A DNA stretch of 64,000 bases from Octopus vulgaris (Eukaryota). A model generated the notes under the pieces. It was not told where the DNA came from and ran no database searches. It saw only the letters and a list, made by a program, of their open reading frames with translations. The stretch spans positions 198,524,001 through 198,588,000 of the forward strand of contig OX597814.1 in NCBI GenBank assembly GCA_951406725.2, in the 5' to 3' direction. The position numbers and the translations under genes are program-made. Shown in pieces: positions 40,455-53,892 of this stretch; the first letter of the stretch is position 1, and each line of letters starts with the position of its first letter.

Positions 40455-40700
40455 AGCCCTTTTTAAAGCTTAGCTAGGCTCATGGGCCCGGTTTCCCGGT
40501 TTCTATGGCGTATGTATTTCCTAGATGGACAGGACGCCAGTCAATCGCAGCGTTACTCATTTTTGCCATCTGAGTGAACTGGAGCAACGTGAAATGAAGT
40601 GTTTTGCTCAAGAACACAACGTGGCGCCCGATCCAGGAATCGAAACCACAATCTTACGATCATGGTGCTGACACCCAAACCACTAAGCCACGCGCCTCCA
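40455..40700 (-). mobile_element. SINE-D full length
   Basis: tggaggcgcgtggcttagtgg head, CORE-like body, ccatagaaaccgg tail; related copies at 46015-46270 and 43760-43865. Confidence 0.8.
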
Positions 40701-40997
40701 CGAGTGAATATATTACTGCTATATAATAGCCGATATAAACGTTGTTTAATTGGTTTCTCCAGTCACGGTTTACGTCATACAGAGAGGAAAGGAATCAGAG
40801 TAAAAGAGAGGTACAGGGAGCGGGAAAGAGAGAGAGAGAGAGAGAGAGAGAAGGGGGTAAAATAGAAATTCAGAGAAAGGGAAAGAGGGAGAATGTAAGA
40901 GGTAGAGATGGAGATAGAGCGTGAGTGAGTTAAAGTAAAAGGGTCAGGGGAAGTGCGCATGCTAGGCTTGCCAGGCAATGAGTAAAGGAACACTGTG

Positions 40998-41381
40998 TGG
41001 AAGCACTCTGTCGGTTACGACGACGAGGGTTCCGGTTGATCCGAATCAACGGAACAGCCTGCTCGTGAAATTAACGTGTAAGTGGCTGAGCACTCCACAG
41101 ACACGTGTACCCTTAACGTAGTTCTCGGGGATATTCAGCGTGACACAGAGAGTGACAAGGCCGGCCCTTTGAAATAAAGGTACAACAGAAACAGGAAGTA
41201 AGAGTGAGAGAAAGTTGTGGTGAAAGAGTACAGCAGGGATCACCACCATCCCCTGCCGGAGCCTCGTGGAGCTTTAGGTGTTTTCGCTCAATAAACACTC
41301 ACAACGCCCGGTCTGGGAATCGAAACCGCGATCCTATGACCGCGAGTCCGCTGCCCTAACCACTGGGCCATTGCGCCTCCA
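40998..41381 (-). mobile_element. SINE-C1 full length, TSD aaaggaacact
   Basis: Nearly identical to 35578-35960. Confidence 0.9.
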
Positions 41382-41676
41382 CACAAAGGAACACTACACA
41401 AGCAGTGGGAGACAAGGAATCGTGCAGACAGAAGAAGGGGAGGAGCAGAGAGAGAGATAAATTACAGAGTTGTTATGGGAGGAGTTATACAAACGAGAAA
41501 TTTGTTTTATTGAATTGTATTTTAAGGAAATAAATATTTTTGTTTTGAAGATTAATTTTAATTTCATCAATTTGTTTAAGAGCCAAGAAATTTCGATAAA
41601 AATTTAATCATAATTACTGTATGTATGCCATATTTCCTGAAATCACTTGTGGTGGCAAAAGTATTTCCTGGTATTA

Positions 41677-41679
<3 letters not shown>

Positions 41680-41767
<88 letters not shown>

Positions 41768-41818
41768 TTGTTTATATTTCTCTCTCTCTCTATCATTCTT
41801 TCTATCTGTCTGACTGTG

Positions 41819-41886
<68 letters not shown>

Positions 41887-41908
41887 AATCTATCTATCTA
41901 TCTATCTA

Positions 41909-41947
<39 letters not shown>

Positions 41948-41989
41948 GCCTGCCTGCCTGCCTGCCTGTCTGTCTGTCTGTCTGTGTAG

Positions 41990-42043
<54 letters not shown>

Positions 42044-42120
42044 GTCTACCTGTCTGTCTTTCTCTCTGTCTTTCTCTCTCTCTGTCCTACTTTATATCTG
42101 TCTCTCTGTGTATCTAACTA
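41680..42120. repeat. (TC)n/(TATC)n/(TGTC)n compound repeat
   Basis: Directly visible. Confidence 0.95.
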
Positions 42121-42544
42121 TCTATATATCTATCTGTTCGTCCGTCGGTCCGTCTGTCCGCCTGTCTGTCTATATGTCCAGTACTAGCATTAAAATATAT
42201 TCATTTCACTATCAAGAGAATAAGGCAAAATTGAGCACAGTCAAGAATAATGAATGTTTTAAAAAACAGTTGGGTACAACAAATGAGTTGGTAGATTGGC
42301 AGATTGGCAGAGATATACATATTTATGTATGCAAATTACTTTAACGGCCATAACTTCTAAAGTTGTTAATGAAACTGGTTTGTGCAACTTTATTCTCGTC
42401 CCGTAACTTGTCACTTGCAAGAGTGACTTTTCACTATGTACACTGATAAGGGTTTTAGATGCGTATGTGTTCGCGAGTAGCCATCGATGCTCTCTTTGGT
42501 TCTGCTCTTCTTAATCCAGAAGAGAATTTCTGAAGTGATAGCTG

Positions 42545-42609
<65 letters not shown>

Positions 42610-42610
<1 letters not shown>

Positions 42611-43004
42611 GGCGCAGGAGTGGCTGTGTAGTAAGTAGCTTGCTTACCAACCACATGGTTCTGGGTTCAGTTCCACTGCGTGACACCTTGGGCAAGTGTC
42701 TTCTACTATGGCCTTGGGCCGACCAAAGCCTTGTGGGTGGATTTGGTAGACGGAAACTGAAAGAAGCCCGTCGTATATATGTATATATGTATGTGTGTGT
42801 ATATGTCTGTGTGTCCCCCATCATCGTTTGACAACCGATGCTGGTGTGTTTACGTCCCTGTAACTTAGTGGTTCGGCAAAAGAGACTGATAGAATAAGTA
42901 CTAGGCTTCCAAAGAATAAGTCTTAAGGTCAGTTTGTTCGACTAAAGGCGGTGCCCCAGCATGGCATCAGTCAAAGGACTGAAACAAGTAAAAGAGTAAA
43001 AGAG

Positions 43005-43005
<1 letters not shown>
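42610..43005 (+). mobile_element. SINE-B full length
   Basis: Runs from ggcgcaggagtggctg to gactgaaacaagtaaaagagtaaaagag. Confidence 0.92.
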
Positions 43006-43036
<31 letters not shown>

Positions 43037-43038
<2 letters not shown>

Positions 43039-43333
43039 GAGACGCAATGGCCCAGTTGTAACGCAGCGAACTCGCGGTCGTAGGATCGCGGTTTCGATTC
43101 CCAGACCGAGCGTTGTGAGTGTTTATCGAGCGAAAACACCTAAAGGCTCCGGCAGGGGGTAGTGGCGATCCCTCAGTACGCTTTCGCCACAACTTTCTCT
43201 CACTCTTTCTTCTGTTGGCCTGCTCGCCTAGCCAGTGGGGTGACGTCATTTGAAGGCTAAAATAATGCGAAGCGGATTGTGACCAGCGATGTGTAGCAAC
43301 ACCTGCTAGTCTGGTCGGTCACGTGATCACGTG

Positions 43334-43377
<44 letters not shown>

Positions 43378-43484
43378 ATCACGTGACTGACCAGACCATC
43401 AGATGTTGTTACACATCGCTGGTCACAATGCGTTCGCATAGTTTTAGCCTTCGAATGACGCCACCCCGCTGGCTAAGCGAGCAG

Positions 43485-43488
<4 letters not shown>
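43037..43488. mobile_element. SINE-C2 (+, to 43334) tail to tail with a headless C2 module (-, 43371-43488)
   Basis: Family matches separated by (TA)n. Confidence 0.88.
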
Positions 43489-43552
<64 letters not shown>

Positions 43553-43675
43553 GAGAGAGAGAGAGAAAGAGAAAGAGTGAGTGACAGAGGGAGAGAGAGA
43601 AAGAAAGAGCAAGTCAAAGATAGGGAGAGAGAGTGATAAAGAAAGAGCGAGTCGGGGAGAGGGAGCAAGTCGGGA

Positions 43676-43724
<49 letters not shown>

Positions 43725-44479
43725 AGAGAGAGAGAGAGAGAGAGAGAGAAGGCTAGTCATTTTTAGCTGAGCAGTATATAACAAATCGAATCGTTGTCTC
43801 GGTTAAGAATATAACGCATGCTCGTTCAGGAATCGAACGCATAACTTTATGATCGTGTGCCCACACATCGCTATATTTATTATGTTGCATTTCGACCAAT
43901 GCGATGAGCGTTTGTTTCAAGTATCACAACTGAAGATTTGATCAGATTTGATCATTTCCAAGCGTTTATAAGCCTTCCTATAATACATAAAAACCTCCAC
44001 TTCACATGAAACCCATTTACATCTGAGTCGAGCGAGCCTCTGAGAATTTTTGTTTGAACTTATAACATTTCGGGTGTTTCAGCGGCAACACTTTAACTGG
44101 CAGGTGAATCATGTCCATTTGGTTAGCTTCAAGTTAATATGTTTTTATAAATAGCGCAATACTAAGGCAATAGGAATATCATATATGTCCGATATCTATA
44201 TCGAAAGCAAAATCTTTCAGGATTTCTCAATAAATATGAACGTTATCCCTTACATCAAACAAATCTATTACAATTCAATTAAATCCATTTGATTTCTTCT
44301 CAATCTTGTTAATATTTCAGCACAGTTTTATTATACACCAAAATGGGTGTATATATAGGGTATTCATTCAAAAGATATTGGAGAAGACGTTTCAGGTATT
44401 AAGGTATAACTAAAATCGATTATAATAAAACTCGGTCGAATCTTTTTTTCAATTTGATTAATGGTTCAGTAGAGATTTA

Positions 44480-44702
44480 AGGCGGTGAGCTGGCAGAATC
44501 TTTAGCACGCCGGGCGAAATGCGTAGCCGTATTTCGTCTGCCGCTACGTTCTGGGTTCAAATTCCGACTTTGCCTTTCATCCTTTCGGGGTTGATAAATT
44601 AAGTACCAGTTACGCATTGGGGTCGATATAATCGACTCAATCCGTTTGTCTGCCCTTGTTTGTCCTCTCTGTGTTTAGCCCCTTGTGGGTAGTAAAGAAA
44701 TA
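44480..44702 (+). mobile_element. SINE-A monomer with 17-bp TSD ggttcagtagagattta
   Basis: Direct repeat at 44463 and 44703. Confidence 0.92.
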
Positions 44703-44837
44703 GGTTCAGTAGAGATTTATAAGTCGTAGTTTCAATTTCTCGCCTGCCAAAACAATGCGTTCTTGAGCGAAGCATTTCATTTCACGCTGCTCGGTGAACA
44801 CTTCAACATCTGACGTGTGTGAAAATACTGTGCAATT

Positions 44838-45180
44838 GTGGAAGCACTCCGTCGGTTACGACGACGAGGGTTCCGGTTGATCCGATCAACGGAACAGCCT
44901 GCTCGTGAAATTAACGTGTAAGTGGCTGAGCACTCCACAGACACGTGTACCCTTAACGTAGTTCTCGGGGATATTCAGCGTGACACAGATAGTGACAAGG
45001 CTGGCCCTTTGAAATACAGGTACAACAGAAACAGGAAGTAAGAGTGAGAGAAAGTTGCGGAGCGTCGTGGAGCTTTAGGTGTTTTCGCTCAATAAACACT
45101 CACAACGCCCGGTCTGGGAATCGAAACCGTGATCCTACGACCGCGAGTCCGCTGCCCTAACCACTGGGCCATTGCGCCTC
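44838..45180 (-). mobile_element. SINE-C1 with small internal deletion
   Basis: Family match. Confidence 0.88.
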
Positions 45181-45413
45181 TCTAACCTCCTGAGCCATTG
45201 TGCAATAGTACAGGCAATGTGAATTAGATGGAGGGAGGGAGTGAACACGATAAACAAATCACCCGTGTAAGTTGGTAAGCAAGAAATTGCGCTACCTTCA
45301 AATGTCGAATACGAGAGAGAAATTCACACAAAGTCGCCAATTGTATATGTGAGGCTTAATCCTGACATAAATCAGAGGACATAAACCAGATACAAATCCT
45401 GACATAAACCAAA

Positions 45414-46000
45414 AGGCGGCGAGCTGGCAGAAACGTTAGGACGCCGGGCGAAATGCTTAGCGGTATTTCGTCTGCCGTTACGTTCTGAGTTCAAATTCCG
45501 CCGAGGTCGATTCTGCCTTTCATCCTTTCGGGATCGATTAAATAAGTACCAGTTACGCACTGGGGTCGATATAATCGACTTAATCCGTTTGTTTGTCCTT
45601 GTTTGTCCTCTCTGTGTTTAGCCCCTTGTGGGTAGTAAAGAAATAGGTATTTCGTCCGTCTTTACGTTCTGAGTTCAAATTCCGCCGAGGTCGATTCTGC
45701 CTTTCTTCCTTTCGGGATCGATTAAATAAGTACCAGTTACGCACTGGGGTCGATATAATCGACTTAATCCGTTTGTTTGTCCTTGTTTGTCCTCTCTGTG
45801 TTTAGCCCCTTGTGGGTAGTAAAGAAATAGGTATTTCGTCCGTCTTTACGTTCTGAGTTCAAATTCCGCCGAGGTCGACTTTGTCTTTCATCCTTTTGGG
45901 GTCGATAAATTAAGTACCAGTTACGCACTGGGGTCGATATAATCGACTCAATCCGTTTGTCTGTCCTTGTTTATCCCCTCTGTAGGCAATAAAGAAATAA
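45414..46000 (+). mobile_element. SINE-A trimer (184-bp unit x3)
   Basis: Units start at 45463, 45647 and 45831. Confidence 0.92.
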
Positions 46001-46561
46001 TAAACCAGAAGACTCATGAGGCTGGAGTTTAATCCGGTTTCTATGACGTAAAATGGCTGAGGTTATAGGCTCTGCCCTGGACAGGACGCCGGCCCATCTT
46101 AGGGTTAACTTCTCAGCTATTGCTGAAAATCATTTACAACTGACTAGATTGGGGCAAAAGGGAAATGAAGTGTTTTGCTCAAAAACACAACTAACTACCC
46201 AGTCCAGGAATTGAAACCACGATTTTACAATTAAGAGTGCCTTACTCTAATCCCTTGATCACGTGCCCTCAAGTAATACAGGTACCTACAGGGTGATTAT
46301 TCAAACGATATTCGGGAAGACATGGCTAATATTAAGTTGGTTAATATATAAACAAATCGATTATAACAGAATCTAGTCAATTTTTCCAATATGATTAATA
46401 TTTTAGCAGAGGTTTATAAATCACAAATTGCTAGCAAATATTGAAATGATACTTGAGAAGACGTGAAGTTGAGTATTAAGGGGGTCATTGCATAAAGGAC
46501 CTTAAATAAACCTTCAATGGTAACATTCCAGTTCTGGAACAACAAATAGTCAACTGTTAGA

Positions 46562-47166
46562 TGTCGTCGTCGTCGTCTTCTTCTTCTTCTTCTTCTTCTT
46601 CTTCTTCTTCTTCTTCTTCTTCTTCTTCTTCTTCTTCTTCTTCTTCTTCTTCTTCTTCTTCTTCTTCTTCTTCTTCTTCTTCTTCTTCCAATCAGGACTC
46701 ACGCCATTATCCACAAAGAATGATCTCTAATTCGAGCCTACTCCAAGCTACTAAGAATGCGTGTGGCAACTTGAAGATTCACCCACCACACGCGATAGAC
46801 TGGCGGGTCGCACGGGCGCGAAAGCTACGTTGTTATCCTCATTCCGTAAACGGTGGCTTTTTTAACGGATGGAGAGCTGAACCATCCTGGGGTACAGAGG
46901 ATTCGCAATCTAGACTAGGGTCTGAAAGTTTACTACACCATAATGGGTTACACCATGGTTTTCTGCTTTGTAGCAGAAGTAGGAAGAAAGAGTGAGAGAA
47001 AGTTGTGGTGAAAGATTACAGTGGGGCTCACGCCCTCACCACCGGAGCCTCGTGGAGTATAAGTGTTTTTGCTCTATAAACACTCACAATGCCCGGTCTG
47101 GGAATCGAAACCGCGTTCTTACGACCACGAGTCCGCTGCCCTAACCACTGGGCCATTGCGTCTCCA
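46562..47166 (-). mobile_element. SINE-C3: C head with a different ~290-bp body and (GAA)n tail
   Basis: 46985-47166 matches the C head; 46689-46985 is unique; (TTC)n at 46578-46688. Confidence 0.7.
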
Positions 47167-47269
47167 CAGCTGTTGTTGTTGTTTACCCTCAGCTCTGCAT
47201 TATGCGTGTAGACCGATGATCAAAGTCGTTCCAACCGTAGTCATTCCATCTATAGATTTTAGACTAGCA

Positions 47270-47445
47270 GAAGCCGGTGAGCTGGTGGAATCGTTAGCGC
47301 GTCGAACAAAACGCTTAGCGGCATTCTTTCGATTTATTACATTCTAAGTTAAATGTCACCGTGGTTGATTTCTCCTTTCATCCTTTCGGGGTCGATAAGT
47401 ACCAGTTGAATACGGGGCCCTTGCCCTAAAACTACTAGTCTTAGA
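47270..47445 (+). mobile_element. Old SINE-A
   Basis: ggtgagctggtggaatcgttagc..cctttcatcctttcggggtcgataag. Confidence 0.75.
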
Positions 47446-47835
47446 CTAATAGGATTTCATTATTCAATATGCTCTTCATTATTATTTTTAAAAACGATGG
47501 AGAGATTTAGCTGCTGTATCTAGCAGGTCGAATGAAAAGGATAGAATTCCTTGTAGTAGTTGTTCCGTTTCTCGCTGCTGCGTGTTGAAATCCTGCTATG
47601 GTAAACTCCACATTTCATCCTCCCAGGGTCGTGATGCCTTGTGGTATTTGCTCCCAAATGTTGCATTCCGGCAGTAACACATACGATAACGTTGACAGCA
47701 AGATGGATCGAAAGCAACGGCCCTCCCTGTAGAATACAACGGTGACGTAGGTGCGGCAGACTTGCACGCATGAGCGACAACCATTCTTCTGCTTAAAATC
47801 CTTTGAATGGCGAAGAATTGGTATTACATATGTAT

Positions 47836-48248
47836 TCTTTTACTCTTTTACTCTCTTTACTTGTTTCAGTTATTTGACTGTGGCCATGATGGAGCACCGC
47901 CTTTAGTCGAGCAAATCGACCCCATGACTTACTTTTTGTAAGCCTAGTACTTATTCTATCGGTCTCTTTTGCAGAACCGCTAAGTTACGGTAACGTAAAC
48001 ACACCAGCATCGGTTGTCAAGCGATGCTGTGGGGGACAAACACAGACACACAAACATATACACACACATACATATATAGATATATACGACGGGCTTCTTT
48101 CTGTTTCCGTCTACCAAATCCACTCACAAGGTTTTAGTCGGCCCGAGGCTATACTAGAAGATATTTGCCCAAGATGCCACGCAGTGAGACTGTACCCGGA
48201 ACCATGTGGTTGGTAAACAAGCTACTTACCACACAGTCACTCCTACGC
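47836..48248 (-). mobile_element. SINE-B full length
   Basis: Family match. Confidence 0.9.
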
Positions 48249-48748
48249 CAATTGAGAAATATATATGCATATGAGCAAATTGGTTTAATAACCATAACTT
48301 TTCTAGTTATGAATATTTGTTTTAAAGCAGTATTGATATTACAAATGTATTGAGAACTATATATGTATATGTGCAAATTGGTTTAATAACCATAACTTTT
48401 CAAGTTATGCATAGAACTGCTCTGAGCGATTTCCTCTTCGTGTGATGGATGTCACCATGACCGTCATATGCAAGTAAATATGGCTTTGCAGTATGCATAT
48501 TGCTTTCGCAAAGGGTTTTAGGGGTTTATTTATAGTCTCGTGTAGCCATAGAGACACTCTTGGTTCTTCCGTTCTTCATCCAGCAGAATATCTCGGATGT
48601 GACAACTGGGGAAAGAGAAAGAGAGAAAGAGCGTGTGTGTGAGAGAGGGAGACAGATAGAGAAAGAGAGAGAAAGGGAGAGACTGAAAGAATGAGAAAGG
48701 AGGGAGATTTAGCTGCTGTATTTAGCAATTTCGGACGACTGCTTAGAA

Positions 48749-48943
48749 CAGTGGTTCTCAAACATTTTGATACTGAGGCCAGATCCAAAACTTGAACATT
48801 TTTAGGGGGCGGCACCCAAAAGAATGAAACGAGTCAATGAAAGAAAAAAATATTATATTTATAGAAAGAAAACCGCCGGGGGGCCGCCAGAAGGATGCTT
48901 GAAGGCCACATGCGGCAATGGGGGCCGTAGATGAGAAACACTG
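48749..48943. mobile_element. hAT (Charlie-like) MITE
   Basis: TIRs cagtggttctca / tgagaaacactg; no intact 8-bp TSD seen. Confidence 0.6.
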
Positions 48944-49115
48944 ACTTCCTCGTCGTGTCGATGAGTTGTTTGTGTTAGTATTTATGTCTGATGAAAATAT
49001 CAGACAGTAATCAACTACAAAAAGATTTTTTGTTGATTTTAAAAACATCGTTATATTTAGATAATCGTTATTTTAGATAAATAATAATTTTATTTGTCTT
49101 AGTTTCAGATTATGC

Positions 49116-49179
<64 letters not shown>

Positions 49180-49377
49180 ACAGACAAATATATATATATA
49201 TGTATATATGTATATGTGTATATATGTATATGTGTACATATGTATATATATGTATATGTATATGTGTATATATGTATATATATGCATTTATATATATATA
49301 TATGTATATGTATATGTATATGTATATTGTGTATATGTATATGTTTATATATCTCTATATATGTATATTTATATATA

Positions 49378-49413
<36 letters not shown>

Positions 49414-50479
49414 TGTATGTATGTATGTATGTATGTATGTATGGCTGCGTATCCGCTTTTAATATTGCATTCGACTATAGAAACTAAAAGAATTTGTCTC
49501 TGATAAGTCGCTAAATAAAAGTTAGCTAAAATACACTCATAAATGGAACGAAAATATTAAAAACACTAACGCCACTTGGCAGTATTATGGAAAGTATTTT
49601 CTGCCAAAGTGTATCTATATTCAAACAATGAAATGGTTTTCGCAACTTTTATGATAAAACGATCAGCTATTATTGGTTCAGAAACTTATATTTCAAACCC
49701 ATCTTGATTTACATATCGACATAAAAATTACTGGCGTATATTCAACCGTTCGGCATTGCATTATAAAGAAACGAATATTTTACTTACTGACACATTAAAA
49801 CCTTTTGTGTTCAGTGAAGAAGTTATATAAAATGAAAGACTATCCAGTTTTCTATTAAATTTCATCGTTTGTGTTTAATTCTTCCTTCATTTACAATTTC
49901 GAATGACGTCATTTAATAGCTTCGAACTAATGGCGGTCTTAAAAGCCCTGGCATCGTTAGTACAATAAAATTAATAAAATGCAATAAAATAAGATAGAAT
50001 TGGCTGTAGATACAATCCGATTAAACACAATGACACAAACAAAACTCTGAAAACAGTGATCAGTTGGTGTATTCAGATTTGAAAGCTCGATAGAACCTGA
50101 TAGCTGTTAAGAAAAAGACAGATGTGTTTGCGGAGCCCAGGTCTGCGCAGTGACTGCCGGTTGATGTATAGTGACTGGTTCATCATTAACTGCTCAAATT
50201 TCCAATTAATTCTCTCGGATTTGCAGCCGTGTTTTATTGGATGGAGTAAACAAATTGAAAATATGACACTATTTGAGAATGTCTTTTTTTGTGGAGAGCG
50301 CGTGCGCGTGTGTATATGTGGGGGTCGTGGTGGCGGTGTGTACGGATTAACATCGACTCGTTTGTGTGTTCGAAACGCTGAAACAATCACAACGTAAGAT
50401 ATTATATGTTATATACACACACTTGCGCATAAGAAAACCGCATACACATACACATGTAAATACATGCATACATACATTA

Positions 50480-50554
<75 letters not shown>

Positions 50555-50567
50555 TATATATATATTG

Positions 50568-50790
50568 AAGGCTGCGAGCTGGCAGAAACGTAAGCACGCT
50601 GGGCGAAATGCTTAGCGGTATTTCGTCCGTCATTACGTTCTGAGTTCAAATTCCGCCGAGGTCGACTTTGTCTTTCATCCTTTCGGGGTCGATAAATAAA
50701 GTACCAGTTTCGCACTGGGGTCGATGTAATCCGTTTGTCTGTCCTTGTTTGTCCCCTCTATGTTTAGCCCCTTGTGGGCAGTAAAGGAAA
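50568..50790 (+). mobile_element. SINE-A with type-1 tail
   Basis: Family match. Confidence 0.88.
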
Positions 50791-50808
50791 AATATATATA
50801 AATATATA

Positions 50809-50968
50809 TATATTATATTAAATTAGAGACAAAACCACTATTAGGCAAATGATTTGCCTAATAGTGGTTTTGTCTCTAATTTAATATAATATAATATTTT
50901 ACTATAAAATTGGATTCAATCCTAAATCTGATTTTTCCCTGTAAGTTTGGATTTATTCCCTAATATTT
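50809..50968 (+). mobile_element. Small fold-back insertion in (TA)n: ~41-bp perfect arms around base 50851, longer right arm
   Basis: attagagacaaaaccactattaggcaaat g atttgcctaatagtggttttgtctctaat. Confidence 0.7.
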
Positions 50969-50989
50969 ATATATATATATATATATATA

Positions 50990-51435
50990 TCTTTTTACTT
51001 ATTTCAGTCAGTAAATTGTGACCATGCTGGGGCATCGCTTTGAATAATTTTTAGTTCAATGAATCGACCTCACCATTAATTGTTTTAAAGCCTGAGACTT
51101 ATTCCGCCGGTATCTTTTGTGATCAAATGATCAGCTATTCTTGGCTGAGGAACTTCTAAGTTGCGGCGACATAAACACACCAACATCGGTTGTCAAGCGA
51201 TAGAGGGGGGGGACAAATACAAGCATAATCACACAGACACAGACACACCCACAGACACACACACAAATATATAAAAAAATATATATATACATACACATAC
51301 ATACATACACACACACACACATATATATATATATACCCCCCCCACACACACATACACACATTATAGTAAGACAGTTGCTCAAGGTCCCATGCAGTGGGAC
51401 TGAACCTAGAACCATGTGGATAGGAAGCAAACTTC
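50990..51435 (-). mobile_element. Diverged SINE-B
   Basis: Tail, middle and head matches. Confidence 0.75.
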
Positions 51436-51461
51436 TATGTATGTGTGTGTGTGTGTGTATC

Positions 51462-52580
51462 ATTGTTCAGCTTTATTTCAATATTTATTGCTAAAAGGCG
51501 GCGAGTTAGCAGAAACGTTAGCACGCCGGGAGAAATGGTAAGCAGTATTTTATCTATCTATATGTTCTGAGTTCAAATTCCGCCGAGCTCAACTTTACCT
51601 TTCATCCTTTCGGGGTCGATAAATTAAGTACCAGTTATGCACTGGGGTCGATATAATCGACTGGCCCCCTCCCCCAAAATTTCGGGCCTTGTGCTTGGTG
51701 TAGAAAAGAATATTTCTTGCCAATAGAGAAAGAGTCAGTTTCTAACCGAGATCATTGGAATTTCAACATAAACAACAGGGTATGTATGTATGTATGTATT
51801 AATGTATGCATGCATGTATGTGTGTATGTGTGTGTGTGTGTATATATATGTATGTATGTAGGTATGTGCAGATTTGTATGTTTTATCTATGTATGTATTC
51901 TCATGCGTACAGTTGCATATGTAGACATGCTCATATATATTTAAATGATAAACTTCTGGAATGTTTTACGTCCAGTGATAGATTGGATCTGTAGCCATAG
52001 TATTCGCTTTCTCCTCTCTGGTATTGAGGAGGCTAATTTCTCAAGATTGGTAGTTAGACTGGTAGTTGGTAGTGGGTGTATTACATATTTCGGGGCCCCA
52101 ATATTTACAGGTAGAAACCTGAACTTGTAATCTGGATAGAGTAACTGAATATTTCTCAATAGTTCAGCCTAGGTATTCTTTTTTTTTATGCTAACATCCG
52201 CTGCGCAGCTAATTTCCACAATTGTACGCAGTTTCTCTTCTCTATCTGAAATCATTATATCAAGTCTGTTGTGCTTACATTTTATTGAGGTCTTCACTGG
52301 TACATTCCACCAGTATTTCTTTTTATTATAAGTGGCTATGGCTTCTATCATACTGTGGGTTCTTATTTCTTTGTCCTCGGGGTTTTCCTTCCGACTGATT
52401 TCATTATAGAGTATCATAGCTACAACATCACGTCTCGTCGGTAAATAATACCGTGATGAGATTTTCGCAGAACTGCTTATGATATAGGTGATATCTTCGG
52501 TGCTAACTCCAAAATTTGCATCGCTTCTTACATTTTACTGCTTTTCCCTTCAAAGTGGGAGGTAGTAATCCGGTTATTGG
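51462..52580 (-). pseudogene. Second copy of the R4-like LINE 3' part, interrupted by SINE-A (+, 51496-51708, TSD aatatttMttgc)
   Basis: KYWWNVPVKT..KHNRLDIMI..IVEISC, YPDYKFRFLPVNIGA; homologous to 36590-37915. Confidence 0.85.
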
Positions 52581-53052
52581 ACATGTATGTACGTACGCAC
52601 GTACGTATGTACGTATGTCTGTATGTTTGAATGGATGGATGTATATATATTTAATTATTCATTTATATATGTATGTGTGTGTATGTGTACAGCATACATA
52701 CACCTATATATAATATGAAGTACACATTCAGAGACAAGAAAGTGCGATTCTGAATTCAAATTTAAATGACCAATATAGCGATCTAACCTGTTGCTTTGAA
52801 TGACAACTGATACTGGTAGAGTTTTATGGTAATAAATTATATTATAGGATGCTAGAATGACTGTAGAACACGTTATGCTGAGAGTTCTAACTAGAAAATG
52901 TAATTATCGAATGAAAAAGAAAACTAGAAATATGCACTTCCGATCTGTATATATATTGCTACCGAAGAATAATGCAGAGCCGACAATGTGGAAACATTAG
53001 CAAATCAATATTCATTACTGAATCACTAACCATAGATTTACAGGCGTACGCT

Positions 53053-53117
<65 letters not shown>

Positions 53118-53303
53118 CAGACTGAGATAGCTGTCTCTCGCAATCTGGTAAGATTTGGTATCAGCATTTACTAGGCTTTCGTTAATGGTTTTAGTAGTCA
53201 GTTCAGTTTGTCGTAAAGAGATACGGGCTCTCCCCTGAACCCGCTTTCCAGATAACATCTTGCCCTCTTGACATAGTGAGACATTGAGGATGCGACAGTT
53301 TGT

Positions 53304-53386
<83 letters not shown>

Positions 53387-53583
53387 GGTTGCATCCAAAT
53401 TTGCCTGGCATTTAAATGTATTGACGTCGAAATGAAGTCTGGTGATGTTGATCTCCCTGAGATATTAACTCGCGGAGCTCGGAGAGTACAGGACCGCAAC
53501 TAATATTGCAACATATACACACGCGCGCGCGCATGTATATATATGCTTGCATGCATATATGTATGTATATATGTATGTATATA

Positions 53584-53624
<41 letters not shown>

Positions 53625-53830
53625 TCATTACTGGATATTTTGCTAGTTCATCTTGTCTTTTTGTCTTCTCTCCTAGTGCTGTATGAACATTTAATGTGAT
53701 TTTAGAGTCAAGTTTTGGCTGCTATTTCCAGCGTGGAGCTATCTCTTAGATACCCTAAATTATAATTTTAATAATAATTATTACCTTTGAAGGTTTTTAT
53801 TCACATGCTGGCCATTTGATATAAATATAG

Positions 53831-53890
<60 letters not shown>

Positions 53891-53892
<2 letters not shown>

